From positions 1 through 24,000 of the forward strand of contig JAADCR010000070.1 of the NCBI GenBank assembly GCA_013154375.1: DNA of 24,000 bases. Direction: 5' to 3'. This DNA comes from Aquificota bacterium. Lineage in GTDB: Bacteria > Aquificota > Aquificia > Aquificales > Aquificaceae. Of the stretch, positions 7,927 to 17,450 are shown piece after piece (position 1 is the stretch's first letter; the number at the start of each line of letters is the position of its first letter). The notes below the pieces were generated by a model, which was not told the origin of the DNA, made no database searches, and saw only the letters and a program-made list of their open reading frames with translations. Made by a program: the position numbers and the translations under genes.

Positions 7927-9228
7927 ATGGAAAAGGTAAAGGTGGGCGTAGTAGGCTGCGGTACCGTGGGCACGGGCACCGTCAAGCTCCTTCTCGAGAA
8001 CGCCTCCGTTATAGAGCAGCGGACGGGCATAAGGTTCGAGCTGGTTAAGGTGGCCGACCGCGACTGGGACAGACCCCGCCCCTTCGAGGTTCCCGAGCGG
8101 CTGCGGACCACCGACTACCGCGAGGTTCTTAAAGAGGCCGACGTGGTGGTCGAGCTGGTGGGCGGGAAGGAGTTTGCTAAAAAGCTGCTTCTCGAGGCTA
8201 TAGAGCTGGGTAAGTGTACGGTTACGGCCAACAAACACCTGCTGGCCGAAGAGGGTAGAGAGATATTCCGCGCCGCACAGAAGAGGGGCGTCTTTTTAGG
8301 CTTTGAGGCGGCCGTGGGGGGCGGCATACCCGTCATAAAGGCCCTCCGGGAAGGGCTGGTGGGTAACCGGATAAAGAGCATCCTCGGCATACTTAACGGC
8401 ACGACCAACTACATCCTTACGCGCATGTACGAGGAGGGTCTGTCGTTCGAAGAGGCGCTAAACGAGGCCCGCAGGCTCGGCTACGCCGAGGCCGACCCTA
8501 CTCTAGACGTCGACGGCTGGGACGCGGCGCACAAGATAACCCTTCTGGCTACGCTCGCCTACGGGAGCTTCGTCGAGTTCTCGTCGGTCTTCGTAGAGGG
8601 CATACGGAAAGTAGAGCACTTGGACGTGGAGCTGGGCAAGGAGCTGGGCTACACGCTGAAGCTGCTGGCCATTGCTAAAGAGCGCGACGGGGAGGTGGAG
8701 GTAAGGGTCCACCCTACCTTTATACCCTCGGACGAGGCGCTGGCGAAGGTCTCGGGCGTTTACAACGCGGTTATGATAGAGGGCGACTTCGTGGGTAAAA
8801 CCATGTTCTACGGCCAAGGGGCGGGCAGTTTGCCCACCGCCTCGGCCGTCGTCTCCGACGTGGTACAGGCGGGCGTCTTTTTAAGAAAAGGGGGGCTCGT
8901 GCCGCGCGTCGACTGGTCGGGCCGGCCGCTTAAGCTGACGCAGAACTTCTACTCGCGCTACTACCTGCGCTTCTCGGTGCCCGACCGGCCGGGCGTGCTG
9001 GCGGCGGTGGCGCGCGTGCTGGCGGACTTTAACATAAGCATAGCCTCGGTGCTCCAGAAGGAGAAAGCTTGCAAGATTGCCGGGAACGACTCGCCCGTGG
9101 TGCCGCTCGTTATTCTCACGCACAAAGCCTACGAGCAGGACGTGCGTAAGGCGCTCGAGCGCGTAAAGAGCCTGCCCGTGGTGGAGAAGGAGCCCGTTCT
9201 TATACGCGTAGAAGAGGAAGCCTACTAA
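7927..9228 (+). CDS. hom: Homoserine dehydrogenase with C-terminal ACT domain
   Basis: The sequence VGVVGCGTVGTG is the NAD(P)-binding motif. The catalytic region is ...GILNGTTNYILT...LGYAEADPT.DV.G.DAAHK.., and the ACT-like tail is YYLRFSVPDRPGVLA. ATG 7927 is preferred over TTG 7924. Confidence 0.93.
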   Translation: MEKVKVGVVGCGTVGTGTVKLLLENASVIEQRTGIRFELVKVADRDWDRPRPFEVPERLRTTDYREVLKEADVVVELVGGKEFAKKLLLEAIELGKCTVTANKHLLAEEGREIFRAAQKRGVFLGFEAAVGGGIPVIKALREGLVGNRIKSILGILNGTTNYILTRMYEEGLSFEEALNEARRLGYAEADPTLDVDGWDAAHKITLLATLAYGSFVEFSSVFVEGIRKVEHLDVELGKELGYTLKLLAIAKERDGEVEVRVHPTFIPSDEALAKVSGVYNAVMIEGDFVGKTMFYGQGAGSLPTASAVVSDVVQAGVFLRKGGLVPRVDWSGRPLKLTQNFYSRYYLRFSVPDRPGVLAAVARVLADFNISIASVLQKEKACKIAGNDSPVVPLVILTHKAYEQDVRKALERVKSLPVVEKEPVLIRVEEEAY

Positions 9229-9761
9229 AGCTCCACCGCGTAAATGCCCCTAAGGTTGCGCCCCAGCTCGCCCCAGTCGAGCCCGTAGCCTACTAAAAAG
9301 TCGTTGGGCACCTCGAAGCCCACGAGGTCCGCCTCGAAGGGGACTTTACGCGCCTCCTTCTTGTCGAGCAGAACGCACGTTTTAAGCACCGCCGGCTCTT
9401 TCTCAAGCAGGTACTCCTTTACGCGCTTAAGCGTAAGGCCCGTGTCGAGGATGTCGTCCACGAGCACGACCTTTTTACCCTTTAGCTCCAGCTCGGGCTC
9501 TTTTAAGATTCTCACCTCGCCCGAGCTCTCGGTGCCCGAGCCGTAGCTCGAGACGCGCATAAAGTCCACCACCGCCGGGAGGCTGAGCTCCCTTATAAGG
9601 TCGGCAAGAAATATAAACGAGCCCTTTAGCAGGCCTATAAAGACGGGCGGCTCGCCGCCGCCGAGCTCGCGCTCAAGCTCGAGCGCCAGCTCCTTTACGC
9701 GCCTCTTTATCCTCTCTTCGTCTATAACGAGCCGGAGCTTTTTACCCCTAATCTCGAGCAT
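9225..9761 (-). CDS. hpt: Hypoxanthine(-guanine) phosphoribosyltransferase
   Basis: The 178-aa protein has the PRPP-binding motif VVLVDDILDTGLTL and a C-terminal FVVGYGLD-type motif (FLVGYGLDW). Confidence 0.9.
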   Translation of the reverse strand: MLEIRGKKLRLVIDEERIKRRVKELALELERELGGGEPPVFIGLLKGSFIFLADLIRELSLPAVVDFMRVSSYGSGTESSGEVRILKEPELELKGKKVVLVDDILDTGLTLKRVKEYLLEKEPAVLKTCVLLDKKEARKVPFEADLVGFEVPNDFLVGYGLDWGELGRNLRGIYAVEL

Positions 9762-9764
9762 CTT

Positions 9765-10982
9765 TTACGCCCCGAACTTTTTAAGCCTTAACGCGTGCGC
9801 CAGTAGCAGCTGCATGAGCTTCTTGCCCGGAAACGTACCGAGCTCTCCTTTAAGGCAGGTCCGCTCGTTAAACGCCTCGTAGCCGCCTAAGACGAACGGC
9901 GAGTGGACCAAGACGGGCACGGGGTGCCACGAGTGGCTCTTTAGGACCGAGGGCGTGGCGTGGTCACCCGTAACGGCCAGCACGGCGGGCTTTAGCTCCA
10001 GAAGCTCGGGCAGGTGGGCGTCGAACTCCTCTATAGCCTTTACCTTCCCTTCGTAGTTGCCGTCCTCGCCGTAGCTGTCGGTCTTTTTGTAGTGTAAGAA
10101 AAAAAACTCGTAGCGGTCCCAGAGCTCTTTTAGCGTCTCTATCTGGCCTTTAAGCGTAGGCTCTTTAGGCTCTACCGTCTCCATGCCCACGAGGCGGGCA
10201 AGCCCGCGGTACATAGGGTAAACCGCTACGCAGACGGCCTTAAGGCCGTAGCGTTCGGAGAAAGGCTCGAGCTTGGGCTTTTGGGCAAAGCCGCGCAGGA
10301 GCATAAAGTTAGCCTTCGGCTCGTTTTTTAAAAGCTCCGCTACGCGTTCTAAAAACTTTACCGCCACGCGCGCCACGCGCTCGGCCTGCGGCTTAAGCGG
10401 CCGGGGCTCTAAGGGGCTAAGGCCGGTGGCCTGCGGGTCGGTGTCTGTAACCGCGTCGCTGCCCTCTTCGAGCGGCTCGGGGAAGCGGAAGACCACCGCC
10501 AGACGGTGCTCCATGCCCGGCGCCAGCTCCACCTTAACGCCGTCTATCTCTTTAATTTCCTCGGCCAGACGCCGCGTTATCCGGCGGTTCTCCTCGGTGG
10601 GCAGCCGGCCGGCCCGCCGGTCCACCACGACGGGCTTACCGTTCTCGTACTTTACGGTGGCGTAGTTGGCCCTTACGGCCACGGACCGCTCGTCTACCTC
10701 CAGACCGAGGCCGAGCGCCTCGAGCACGCCCCGCCCTATCCGGTACTTAACCGGGTCGTAGCCGAAGAGCGCCAAGTGGCCCGGCCCGCTACCGGGCGTT
10801 ATCCCGTAGTCTACGGGCAGGTGCATGCCTAAAGCCGAGTTTTTAGCAAGCGCGTCTAAGTTCGGGGTCTTAGCCAGCTCGAGCTCGGTTCTGCCGTCCT
10901 TAACGGGGAGGCCTCCCAGCCCGTCGAGCACCGCAAGCAGTATCTTTCCCCCTTCCTTTACGAGCTCTTTAACCAGCTCCAT
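9765..10982 (-). CDS. apgM: Cofactor-independent phosphoglycerate mutase, archaeal type (ApgM)
   Basis: It has ILLAVLDGLGGLP...TPNLDALA, the metalloenzyme motif VTGDHATPS, and the HSWHPVP tail. ATG 10982 (MELVKELV...) is preferred over the TTG at 11000 used by the track. Confidence 0.9.
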   Translation of the reverse strand: MELVKELVKEGGKILLAVLDGLGGLPVKDGRTELELAKTPNLDALAKNSALGMHLPVDYGITPGSGPGHLALFGYDPVKYRIGRGVLEALGLGLEVDERSVAVRANYATVKYENGKPVVVDRRAGRLPTEENRRITRRLAEEIKEIDGVKVELAPGMEHRLAVVFRFPEPLEEGSDAVTDTDPQATGLSPLEPRPLKPQAERVARVAVKFLERVAELLKNEPKANFMLLRGFAQKPKLEPFSERYGLKAVCVAVYPMYRGLARLVGMETVEPKEPTLKGQIETLKELWDRYEFFFLHYKKTDSYGEDGNYEGKVKAIEEFDAHLPELLELKPAVLAVTGDHATPSVLKSHSWHPVPVLVHSPFVLGGYEAFNERTCLKGELGTFPGKKLMQLLLAHALRLKKFGA

Positions 10983-11005
10983 AAAGAGTATTATCTTCAA
11001 TAAAG

Positions 11006-11731
11006 ATGAAGGTGAGGATAAACAAGTTCTTATCCGAGGCGGGCGTGACGTCGCGGCGTAAGGCGGAGAAGCTCGTGCTCGAGGGGCGCGTTAAGGTTAA
11101 CGGTCAGGTGGTTAGGGACCTCGCGTTTAAGGTAGACCCCGAGCGCGACCGCGTGGAGGTGGACGGGAAGCCCGTCAAGCCGCAGCGGAAGCGCTACGTA
11201 ATCCTTAACAAGCCGTGCTGTTACCTGACGCAGCTCGGCCCCTCGCCCGACGGGCGTAAGACCATATCCGAGCTTATTAAAAACATCCCCGAGCGCGTCT
11301 TCCCGGTCGGGCGGCTCGACTACAACACGGAGGGGCTGCTGCTTTTAACCAACGACGGCGAGCTGGCCAACCGCGTCCTACACCCGCGCTACAAGCTGCC
11401 TAAGGTGTATCTGGCTCTCGTGGAAGGTAAAGTGGACCAGAAGACGCTTAAGGCCATGCGTAAAGGAGCCCAGCTCGAGGACGGCTTTGCTAAACCCGAC
11501 GCGGTAAGGCTGGTCCGCTACGAGGGTAAGGACACGCTTCTGGAGGTGGTGTTCCACGAAGGGAGGAAGCACATCGTTAAGCGCTATCTGGCGCACTTCG
11601 GCCACAGGGTTAAGAGGCTTAAGCGGACGCAGATAGGCCCCGTAAAGCTGGGTAAGCTCGCGCCGGGTAAGTGGCGCGACCTTAACAAGGGCGAGCTGGC
11701 ACAGCTGTTTAAGGCCGTGGGTCTTACTTAG
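11006..11731 (+). CDS. Pseudouridine synthase, RsuA/RluB family (S4 domain plus catalytic domain)
   Basis: It has an S4 RNA-binding N-terminus (RINKFLSEAGVTSRRKAEKLVLEGRVKVNG) and a catalytic-Asp motif (GRLDYNTEGLLLLTNDGEL). Confidence 0.88.
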   Translation: MKVRINKFLSEAGVTSRRKAEKLVLEGRVKVNGQVVRDLAFKVDPERDRVEVDGKPVKPQRKRYVILNKPCCYLTQLGPSPDGRKTISELIKNIPERVFPVGRLDYNTEGLLLLTNDGELANRVLHPRYKLPKVYLALVEGKVDQKTLKAMRKGAQLEDGFAKPDAVRLVRYEGKDTLLEVVFHEGRKHIVKRYLAHFGHRVKRLKRTQIGPVKLGKLAPGKWRDLNKGELAQLFKAVGLT

Positions 11732-11751
11732 GCTGTGCTAACTTTTAATTA

Positions 11752-12630
11752 ATGCCCGACAAGCTTACGCGGGACGTTCTGTTTCTCGCCCGGCTTTTCA
11801 CGCTGCTGTATCTGGCGCTTTTTCTGTTTCTCCACTACGAGCGGCTCCCCTTCGAGGCCGTCTCCGCCCTCTCGGTTTACTTTCTTGCCAATGTTCTTGT
11901 CTACCTCTTTACGCGTACGCGTCTTTTTAAGAGGCTGGCGGTCCTTTTAGACCTCACTTTAGTGCCCCTGTTCGTCTACTTCACGCGCTCGCCTCTGGCG
12001 CTCTTTTCCATAGGCGTGCTCGTGGCCGCCTACGCTTCGAGAAAGCCCGGCGTGGCGCTGCTTCTCAGCGCCGAAGGCGCTCTTTTAGCCTTTCTCTTCT
12101 TTAAAGAGAACCCGCTCGTGCTCTCGGCGGTGGTGCTCTTCTTTATAGGCGTTCTTTTTGCTTCGTACAACTTCGAGTACGCGGTGGTTATGTCTAAAGA
12201 GAGGAAGCAGATAAACAAGCTCCGCAGAAACTACCGTCTTCTGCTGAAAGAGCTCTCGGAGCTGGAGAGAGAGAGGAAGCGCTTCGCGCTTACGGAGAAG
12301 CTGTTTGAGCTCGTCACGCAGCACCGCGAGCCGGAGAGCTACCTCGAGGCTATTAAAAAGACCTTCGGTCTTAAGAGCGTTAAGGTGGTCCCGGCGCGCA
12401 GGCCGGAAGAGGAGGTGTTAAAAGACCCCGAGCGGGGCGTGCTGGTGGTGTTCGTTAAGTTCGACCGCGGGTACGGGAGCGTGGTGTACGAGCTGGGCGA
12501 GCCCTTCCGTCTGGCCGACCCGTACTTAGAAGAGGCGCTCGTTAAGGCGGCTAAGCTGCTTACGCTGCTGGTGGAAGGGTTTGAGCGGGAGGCGGGCTCG
12601 GTGACCGTCAGCGGGCCCGGTGGCGGATAA
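11752..12630 (+). CDS. Hypothetical integral membrane protein with a cytoplasmic coiled-coil and a small C-terminal alpha/beta domain
   Basis: It has about 5 hydrophobic segments in residues 1-150, then a charged heptad-like stretch ([29 protein letters not shown]), then a roughly 100-aa tail. No catalytic motif was recognised. Confidence 0.6.
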   Translation: MPDKLTRDVLFLARLFTLLYLALFLFLHYERLPFEAVSALSVYFLANVLVYLFTRTRLFKRLAVLLDLTLVPLFVYFTRSPLALFSIGVLVAAYASRKPGVALLLSAEGALLAFLFFKENPLVLSAVVLFFIGVLFASYNFEYAVVMSKERKQINKLRRNYRLLLKELSELERERKRFALTEKLFELVTQHREPESYLEAIKKTFGLKSVKVVPARRPEEEVLKDPERGVLVVFVKFDRGYGSVVYELGEPFRLADPYLEEALVKAAKLLTLLVEGFEREAGSVTVSGPGGG

Positions 12631-13189
12631 GGCTCTCGAGTATGGCCCGGAAGTTTTTTGGGTTTACGAGCTTTATCCCTACCCGGTCGGCCCACCTTCT
12701 TAGCCCTTCGTCGGCCGAGACGAGCGTGGCGTCCAGCTCGTAGGCCAGCAGAAGCACGTCCACGTCCTCTTTACTGTCTATAATGCCCTGACGGAGAGCC
12801 TCGCGGTACTTCTCGCGGAGCTTTGCTATGAGCTTACCCACGTCGTCGCACGAGCTGGCCTCGCGGGCGTGCTCCTCGGCAATTCTTAAGCCTTTGTTTA
12901 TCCGGTGCCTAATCTCGTCTATAAGCTCGTAGAGGACTTCCGCGGGTATCTCGAGCTTAAGCCTGCGGGGCGAGCGTATCTTTACCACCATCTCGAACTC
13001 GGCCCAGAGGCTGCCCGCGTCTACGAGCTTCCTAAGCTCGTCGTAAACGGAGGTGGGCATGTAAAACTCGGCTCCCGAGTTGAGCGCGAGGTGTATAAAG
13101 TCTTCTAAGGCCCCCTTCTGGTCCTCTTCGAAGGTGCGGTATATCTCGGGGTTGGTAAACACGCTCGTGTCTAATACGAAAGTTTCCAT
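12608..13189 (-). CDS. HARP-type protein-only RNase P (PIN-like metallonuclease, homolog of Aquifex RNase P Aq_880; older annotations call it 'RNA ligase partner' / UPF0278)
   Basis: The 193-aa protein reads [15 protein letters not shown]...[11 protein letters not shown]...IRSPRR...[11 protein letters not shown]...[39 protein letters not shown]. The acidic residues Asp7, Asp138, Asp142 and Asp160 sit in PIN-like motif positions. Size and motif layout match my recollection of Aq_880. Confidence 0.8.
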   Translation of the reverse strand: METFVLDTSVFTNPEIYRTFEEDQKGALEDFIHLALNSGAEFYMPTSVYDELRKLVDAGSLWAEFEMVVKIRSPRRLKLEIPAEVLYELIDEIRHRINKGLRIAEEHAREASSCDDVGKLIAKLREKYREALRQGIIDSKEDVDVLLLAYELDATLVSADEGLRRWADRVGIKLVNPKNFRAILESLIRHRAR

Positions 13190-13216
13190 AGGCAGTTATT
13201 TTAAAATAGTAAAAGC

Positions 13217-13810
13217 GTGATAGAGATAAAGGGGAAGACGACGCCCGTTCTGTACCTACGGATTTTACGGAAAGAGCCGTTCGAGGAGCTAAAAAGAGAG
13301 CTTAAAGAGAAGCTCTCGAAAAAGCTCTTTAAAGGCAGCCCCGTTCTCATCGAGAACCCGGAGGTGCTTACGGAGGACGAGCGGAGGGAGCTCGAGAGCT
13401 TTATAAAGGAGCTTACGGGTGCGGTTTTAGAGCGGAAGGGGGAGAGAAAGGAGAGTCGTCTTCTGGTGGTAGAGAAGAGTCTAAGGGCGGGGCAGCGCGT
13501 GGAGCACGCGGGCGACGTGCTGGTGCTCGGCGACGTTAACCGCGACGCGGAGGTGCTCGCGGGCGGGAACGTGATAGTTATAGGGAAGCTTAGGGGCGTA
13601 GCTAAGGCAGGGCTTATAGGCGACGAGGGGGCGGTTATAGTGGCGCTTAGAATGGAGCCGCAGCTACTCCAGATAGGAAGCGTAAAAGCCATACCCTCGG
13701 ACAGCGAGCGGCTCTCGCCGGGCTACCCCGAGATTGCTAAAGTAGAGAACGGCGAAATAATATTAGAAGGGATAGAAGGAGTGGAGAGATGGCTGAGGTT
13801 ATCGTCGTAA
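13217..13810 (+). CDS. minC: Septum site-determining protein MinC
   Basis: Its C-terminal beta-helix repeats (GDVLVLGDVNRDAEVLAGGNVIVIGKLRGVAKAG) are typical of MinC. It lies directly upstream of minD-minE and uses a GTG start. Confidence 0.8.
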   Translation: MIEIKGKTTPVLYLRILRKEPFEELKRELKEKLSKKLFKGSPVLIENPEVLTEDERRELESFIKELTGAVLERKGERKESRLLVVEKSLRAGQRVEHAGDVLVLGDVNRDAEVLAGGNVIVIGKLRGVAKAGLIGDEGAVIVALRMEPQLLQIGSVKAIPSDSERLSPGYPEIAKVENGEIILEGIEGVERWLRLSS

Positions 13811-14580
13811 CGTCGGGTAAGGGAGGCGTGGGGAAGACTACGCTGGTGGCCAACCTCGGTACGGCGCTGGCAAAGCTCGGTAAAAAGGTGTTACTCGTAG
13901 ACGCGGACATAGGGCTCAGAAACCTCGACATGATTTTAGGCTTAGAGAACAGGATAGTTTACGACGTTCTGGACGTGCTCGAGGGGCGCGTCCCGCTTGA
14001 GAAGGCGCTCGTTAAGGACAAAAGGGGTCTGCCGCTCTGGCTTCTACCGGCTAACCAGAGGGCTAACAAGGACGAGATAGACCTCGAGCGGTGGAACGAG
14101 ACGATAAAGCAGGCGAAAGAGTCGGGTAAGTTCGACTACGTTATAGTAGACTCGCCCGCGGGCATAGAGAAGGGCTTCCAGATAGCCGTCTCGCCCGCGG
14201 ACCGAGAGCTGGTGGTGGTTAACCCGGAGGTCTCTTCCATCCGCGACGCGGACCGCGTTATAGGCCTGCTCGAGAGCTGGGGTAAAAACGAGTACGCGGT
14301 GGTCATAAACCGGATAAGGTGGGACATGGTAAAGAAGGGGGAGATGCTCTCGGTAGAGGACATAGTAGACATTCTAAAGGCGCCGGTGATAGGGATAGTG
14401 CCCGAGGAGCCCAAGCTCGTAGACTTTACGAACAAAGGCGAGCCTATAGTGCTCCACGAGAAGTTCCCGGCGGCTCAGGCCATTATGGACCTTGCGCGCC
14501 GCATCACGGGCGAGAACGTACCGCTTAAGCGCTACGGCGAGAAGAAGGGGCTCTTAAGCCGCATCTTCGGGGGGGACTGA
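13789..14580 (+). CDS. minD: Septum site-determining ATPase MinD
   Basis: It has the deviant Walker A motif SGKGGVGKTT and the DSPAGIE motif. A C-terminal amphipathic tail (KKGLLSRIFGG) matches the membrane-targeting helix. A GGAG-rich Shine-Dalgarno site lies upstream. Confidence 0.95.
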   Translation: MAEVIVVTSGKGGVGKTTLVANLGTALAKLGKKVLLVDADIGLRNLDMILGLENRIVYDVLDVLEGRVPLEKALVKDKRGLPLWLLPANQRANKDEIDLERWNETIKQAKESGKFDYVIVDSPAGIEKGFQIAVSPADRELVVVNPEVSSIRDADRVIGLLESWGKNEYAVVINRIRWDMVKKGEMLSVEDIVDILKAPVIGIVPEEPKLVDFTNKGEPIVLHEKFPAAQAIMDLARRITGENVPLKRYGEKKGLLSRIFGGD

Positions 14581-14581
14581 G

Positions 14582-14821
14582 TTGGTTTTCGGCTTTTTAC
14601 GCTCTAAAAAGAGTAAAGACATAGCTAAAAAGCGGCTAAAGGTAGTGCTCTCGTACGAGCGGGCGGGCTTGCCGCCGAACATCATAGACAGCATCCGAGA
14701 AGACCTTATAAAGGTCTTCTCTAAGTACCCTTACTTCGACGCGGGGAACATAGAGGTTAACCTTAAGCGCGAAGAGGAGAACAAAGAAGAGCTCTGGATA
14801 AGCATACCTATAAAAGACTAA
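14582..14821 (+). CDS. minE: Cell division topological specificity factor MinE
   Basis: The 79-aa protein begins [25 protein letters not shown], the MinE anti-MinCD N-terminus. It has a TTG start 1 nt after the minD stop. Confidence 0.85.
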   Translation: MVFGFLRSKKSKDIAKKRLKVVLSYERAGLPPNIIDSIREDLIKVFSKYPYFDAGNIEVNLKREEENKEELWISIPIKD

Positions 14822-15894
14822 CGCGTCTGCTGAAGTTTTCTCTCGAGCTCCGACGCCCGCAGGGCGTCTATAATCTCGTCCAGCTTACCGTCGAGGACCT
14901 CTTGCAGTTTGTAGAGCGTTAGGTTTATCCGGTGGTCCGTGACGCGGTTCTGCGGGAAGTTGTAAGTTCTTATCTTCTCGCTCCGCTCTCCGGTGCCCAC
15001 CTGCTCCTTCCGTTCGCGCGCAATCTCCTCGCGCTTTTTCCGCTCGTAGTAGTCTTTAAGTTTGGCGTAGAGAATCTTTAGGGCCTTCTGTTTGTTCTGG
15101 AACTGCGAGCGCTCGTCTTGGCACTGGACCACTATGCCCGTGGGTACGTGCGTAATCCTGACGGCCGTCTCGGTGGTGTTAACGTACTGCCCGCCGGCAC
15201 CCGAGGCCCGGAAGGTCTCTATCTTAAGGTCCTGAGGGTTTATCTTTACGTCCGTCTCGTCCACCTCGGGCAGTACGGCGACGGTGGCGGTGGAGGTGTG
15301 TATCCGCCCGCCGCTCTCGGTAACGGGTACGCGCTGGACGCGGTGTACGCCGCTCTCGTACTTTAGACGGGAGTAAACGCCTTCCCCTTCTACGAGCGCT
15401 ATGACCTCTTTAAACCCGCCCAGACCCGTACGGTGCGACGAGAGGACGGTGACCTTCCAGCCTTTCTCCTCGGCGTACTTCTGGTACATCCTAAACAGGT
15501 CCGCGGCAAAGAGGGCGGCCTCTTCGCCGCCGGTGCCGGCCCGTATCTCGAGGATGACGTTTTTAGCGTCGTTGGGGTCGCGGGGGACGAGGCGGAGCTG
15601 GAGCTCGTGCTCGAGCTTTTTAAGCTCTTCCGAGAGCCGCTCGTACTCCTCGCGGGCGAGCTCGCGGAGCTCTTCCTCGGGGCTGTTTAGAAGCTCGCGC
15701 GCCTGCGCGAGCTCTTCTTTTACCTTCCGGTAACGGTCGTAAAGCTCTTTAACCTCTTGGAGCTCTTTAAGCTCGCGGGAGAGCTCCCGGAAGCGCCGGA
15801 CGTCTTTAATAACCTCGGGGTCGGACAGGCTCTCTTGGAGCTCCTCGTAGCGCTTAAGCAGCTTCTCGAGGCGCTTAAGGAGCTCCTTCCTCAT
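14818..15894 (-). CDS. prfA: Peptide chain release factor 1
   Basis: It has the GGQ motif ([19 protein letters not shown]), an RF1-type PxT tripeptide ([14 protein letters not shown]), and an N-terminal coiled coil. Confidence 0.95.
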   Translation of the reverse strand: MRKELLKRLEKLLKRYEELQESLSDPEVIKDVRRFRELSRELKELQEVKELYDRYRKVKEELAQARELLNSPEEELRELAREEYERLSEELKKLEHELQLRLVPRDPNDAKNVILEIRAGTGGEEAALFAADLFRMYQKYAEEKGWKVTVLSSHRTGLGGFKEVIALVEGEGVYSRLKYESGVHRVQRVPVTESGGRIHTSTATVAVLPEVDETDVKINPQDLKIETFRASGAGGQYVNTTETAVRITHVPTGIVVQCQDERSQFQNKQKALKILYAKLKDYYERKKREEIARERKEQVGTGERSEKIRTYNFPQNRVTDHRINLTLYKLQEVLDGKLDEIIDALRASELERKLQQTR

Positions 15895-15895
15895 C

Positions 15896-16102
15896 TCAGC
15901 CCGTCTCTTTACCCCCTTCGAGCTCGGCGAGCATCTTGTAGTAAGCGGGTTTTATCTTAAGCTTGCCCGCGTAAAAGGGGTGGCACTGGTTGCAGACCTC
16001 GAGGTAGACGGTGCCTCCTTTGGTGGAAAGCAGCGTGAAGGTGTTGCCGCAACCGCAGACGAAAGTGGTGGGTTTTAGCTCGGGGTGTATGCCTTTCTTC
16101 AT
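15896..16102 (-). CDS. rpmE: 50S ribosomal protein L31 (zinc-ribbon type)
   Basis: [22 protein letters not shown]...[11 protein letters not shown] is the canonical L31 sequence with its Cys pairs. A GGAGGT Shine-Dalgarno site lies 6 nt upstream. Confidence 0.93.
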   Translation of the reverse strand: MKKGIHPELKPTTFVCGCGNTFTLLSTKGGTVYLEVCNQCHPFYAGKLKIKPAYYKMLAELEGGKETG

Positions 16103-16108
16103 TCCTTT

Positions 16109-16114
16109 ACCTCC
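16109..16114 (-). promoter_or_regulatory. Shine-Dalgarno site (GGAGGT) for rpmE
   Basis: The complement of ACCTCC lies 6 nt upstream of the rpmE ATG, in the 30-nt rho-rpmE spacer. Confidence 0.6.
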
Positions 16115-16132
16115 CGCAGCCGAGATATTATA

Positions 16133-17440
16133 TCAGGCGTTCATGGCCTTGAGAAACTCCTCGTTGGTTTTGAAGCGCTTAAGCTTGTCCAGCAGGAACT
16201 CCATGGCCTCGACGGGGTCCATGGTCGAGAGGAACTTACGGAGCACCCAGACGCGCTGGAGCTCCCACGGCTCGAGCAGGAGCTCTTCTTTCCGCGTGCC
16301 CGACTTCTCTATGTTTATGGCCGGGAATATCCGCCGCTCCATAAGACGGCGGTCGAGGTGTATCTCCATGTTACCCGTACCCTTAAACTCCTCGTAAATA
16401 ACGTCGTCCATTTTCGAGCCCGTCTCTACCAGCGCCGTGGCTATTATGGTCAGGCTGCCGCCCTCTTCTATGTTCCGCGCCGCACCGAAGAACTTTTTAG
16501 GTTTCTGGAAGGCGGTTATCTCTATGCCGCCGGTAAGGACCCTACCCGTAGGGGGCGTAACCGCGTTGGAGGCACGCGTGAAGCGCGTAAGCGAGTCCAT
16601 GAGTATAACCACGTCTTTTTTAAGCTCGACCATCCTCTTGGCTTTCTCTATAACGAGCTCCGCCACCTGCATGTGGCGCTCGGGCGGCTCGTCGAAGGTG
16701 GAGGCTACCACCTCGGCGTGCTCGCCTACTATCCGGCGCATCTCCGTAACTTCCTCGGGCCGCTCGTCTATAAGTAGGATTATCAGGTACACCTCGGGGT
16801 GGTTCTTTATAAGCGCCTGAGCTATCTTCTGCAGGAGCACCGTCTTACCGGCTTTAGGGGGAGCTACGATGAGGCCCCGCTGCCCTTTCCCTATAGGCGC
16901 TATGAGGCTTACCACGCGCGTCGAGAGCTCTTTAGGGTCGTACTCGAGGTTAAACCGCTCCATAGGGTGCAAGGGCGTGAGCTTCTCAAACTGGGGCCGC
17001 TTTCTAAGCAGCTCGGGGTCGGGCGGCAGACCGTTTACCGACTCCATCCTTATGAGGGCCTTGTACTTCTCGTTGTCGCGCGGGGGGCGGGCAAAGCCTA
17101 CTATCGTGTCGCCCGTCCTGAGGCCGAACTTCTTTATCTGCGAGGGGGCTACGTAGACGTCTTCCCAGCTGGGCATGTAGTTGTTCTCGGGTAGACGGAG
17201 AAAGCCGTAGCCTTCGGGCAGTACTTCGAGCACGCCTTTAACGAAGACGAGACCGCTCTCTTGAGCTTGCGCGTTTAGAATCTTCTCTATAAGCTCTTCC
17301 TTTTTAAGGCCCGTAGTCCGCGTAAGACCGAGCTCTTTCCCTATGCGCTGCAGCTCGGCCAGCGTCATCTTCTTAAGCTCGTCGAGCGTATAGAGCTTCT
17401 TCTCGTCTTGTTTTTCGGGCGTCTGAACGCGCTCCGCCAT
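16133..17440 (-). CDS. rho: Transcription termination factor Rho
   Basis: It has the N-terminal Rho_N domain ([13 protein letters not shown]), a cold-shock-like RNA-binding domain (GYGFLR), Walker A (APPKAGKT), and the C-terminal [10 protein letters not shown]. Confidence 0.96.
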   Translation of the reverse strand: MAERVQTPEKQDEKKLYTLDELKKMTLAELQRIGKELGLTRTTGLKKEELIEKILNAQAQESGLVFVKGVLEVLPEGYGFLRLPENNYMPSWEDVYVAPSQIKKFGLRTGDTIVGFARPPRDNEKYKALIRMESVNGLPPDPELLRKRPQFEKLTPLHPMERFNLEYDPKELSTRVVSLIAPIGKGQRGLIVAPPKAGKTVLLQKIAQALIKNHPEVYLIILLIDERPEEVTEMRRIVGEHAEVVASTFDEPPERHMQVAELVIEKAKRMVELKKDVVILMDSLTRFTRASNAVTPPTGRVLTGGIEITAFQKPKKFFGAARNIEEGGSLTIIATALVETGSKMDDVIYEEFKGTGNMEIHLDRRLMERRIFPAINIEKSGTRKEELLLEPWELQRVWVLRKFLSTMDPVEAMEFLLDKLKRFKTNEEFLKAMNA

Positions 17441-17444
17441 AGTA

Positions 17445-17450
17445 ACCTCC
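17445..17450 (-). promoter_or_regulatory. Shine-Dalgarno site (GGAGGT) for rho
   Basis: The complement of ACCTCC lies 4 nt upstream of the rho ATG and directly abuts the mnmE stop codon (17451-17453). Confidence 0.6.

Noticed and set aside
7906-8238. Upstream extension of the minus-strand ORF 7672..8238 (188 aa)
   Set aside because: The extension runs antisense through the N-terminal Rossmann region of hom. Its translation is low complexity, and an internal ATG at 7905 gives a compact 77-aa product that ends at the intergenic spacer.
10091-10106. Homopolymer runs: A8 inside apgM (antisense T8 encoding FFF), and T7 at about 5108-5114 inside phoD
   Set aside because: The reading frames are intact across the runs and encode plausible residues. 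There is no sign of frameshift, pseudogenisation or phase variation.
12608-13189. PIN-domain protein that could be called a VapC toxin of a toxin-antitoxin pair
   Set aside because: At 193 aa it is much longer than VapC, which is about 130 aa. There is no small upstream antitoxin ORF. The motif layout matches the HARP/Aq_880 type of RNase P rather than VapC.
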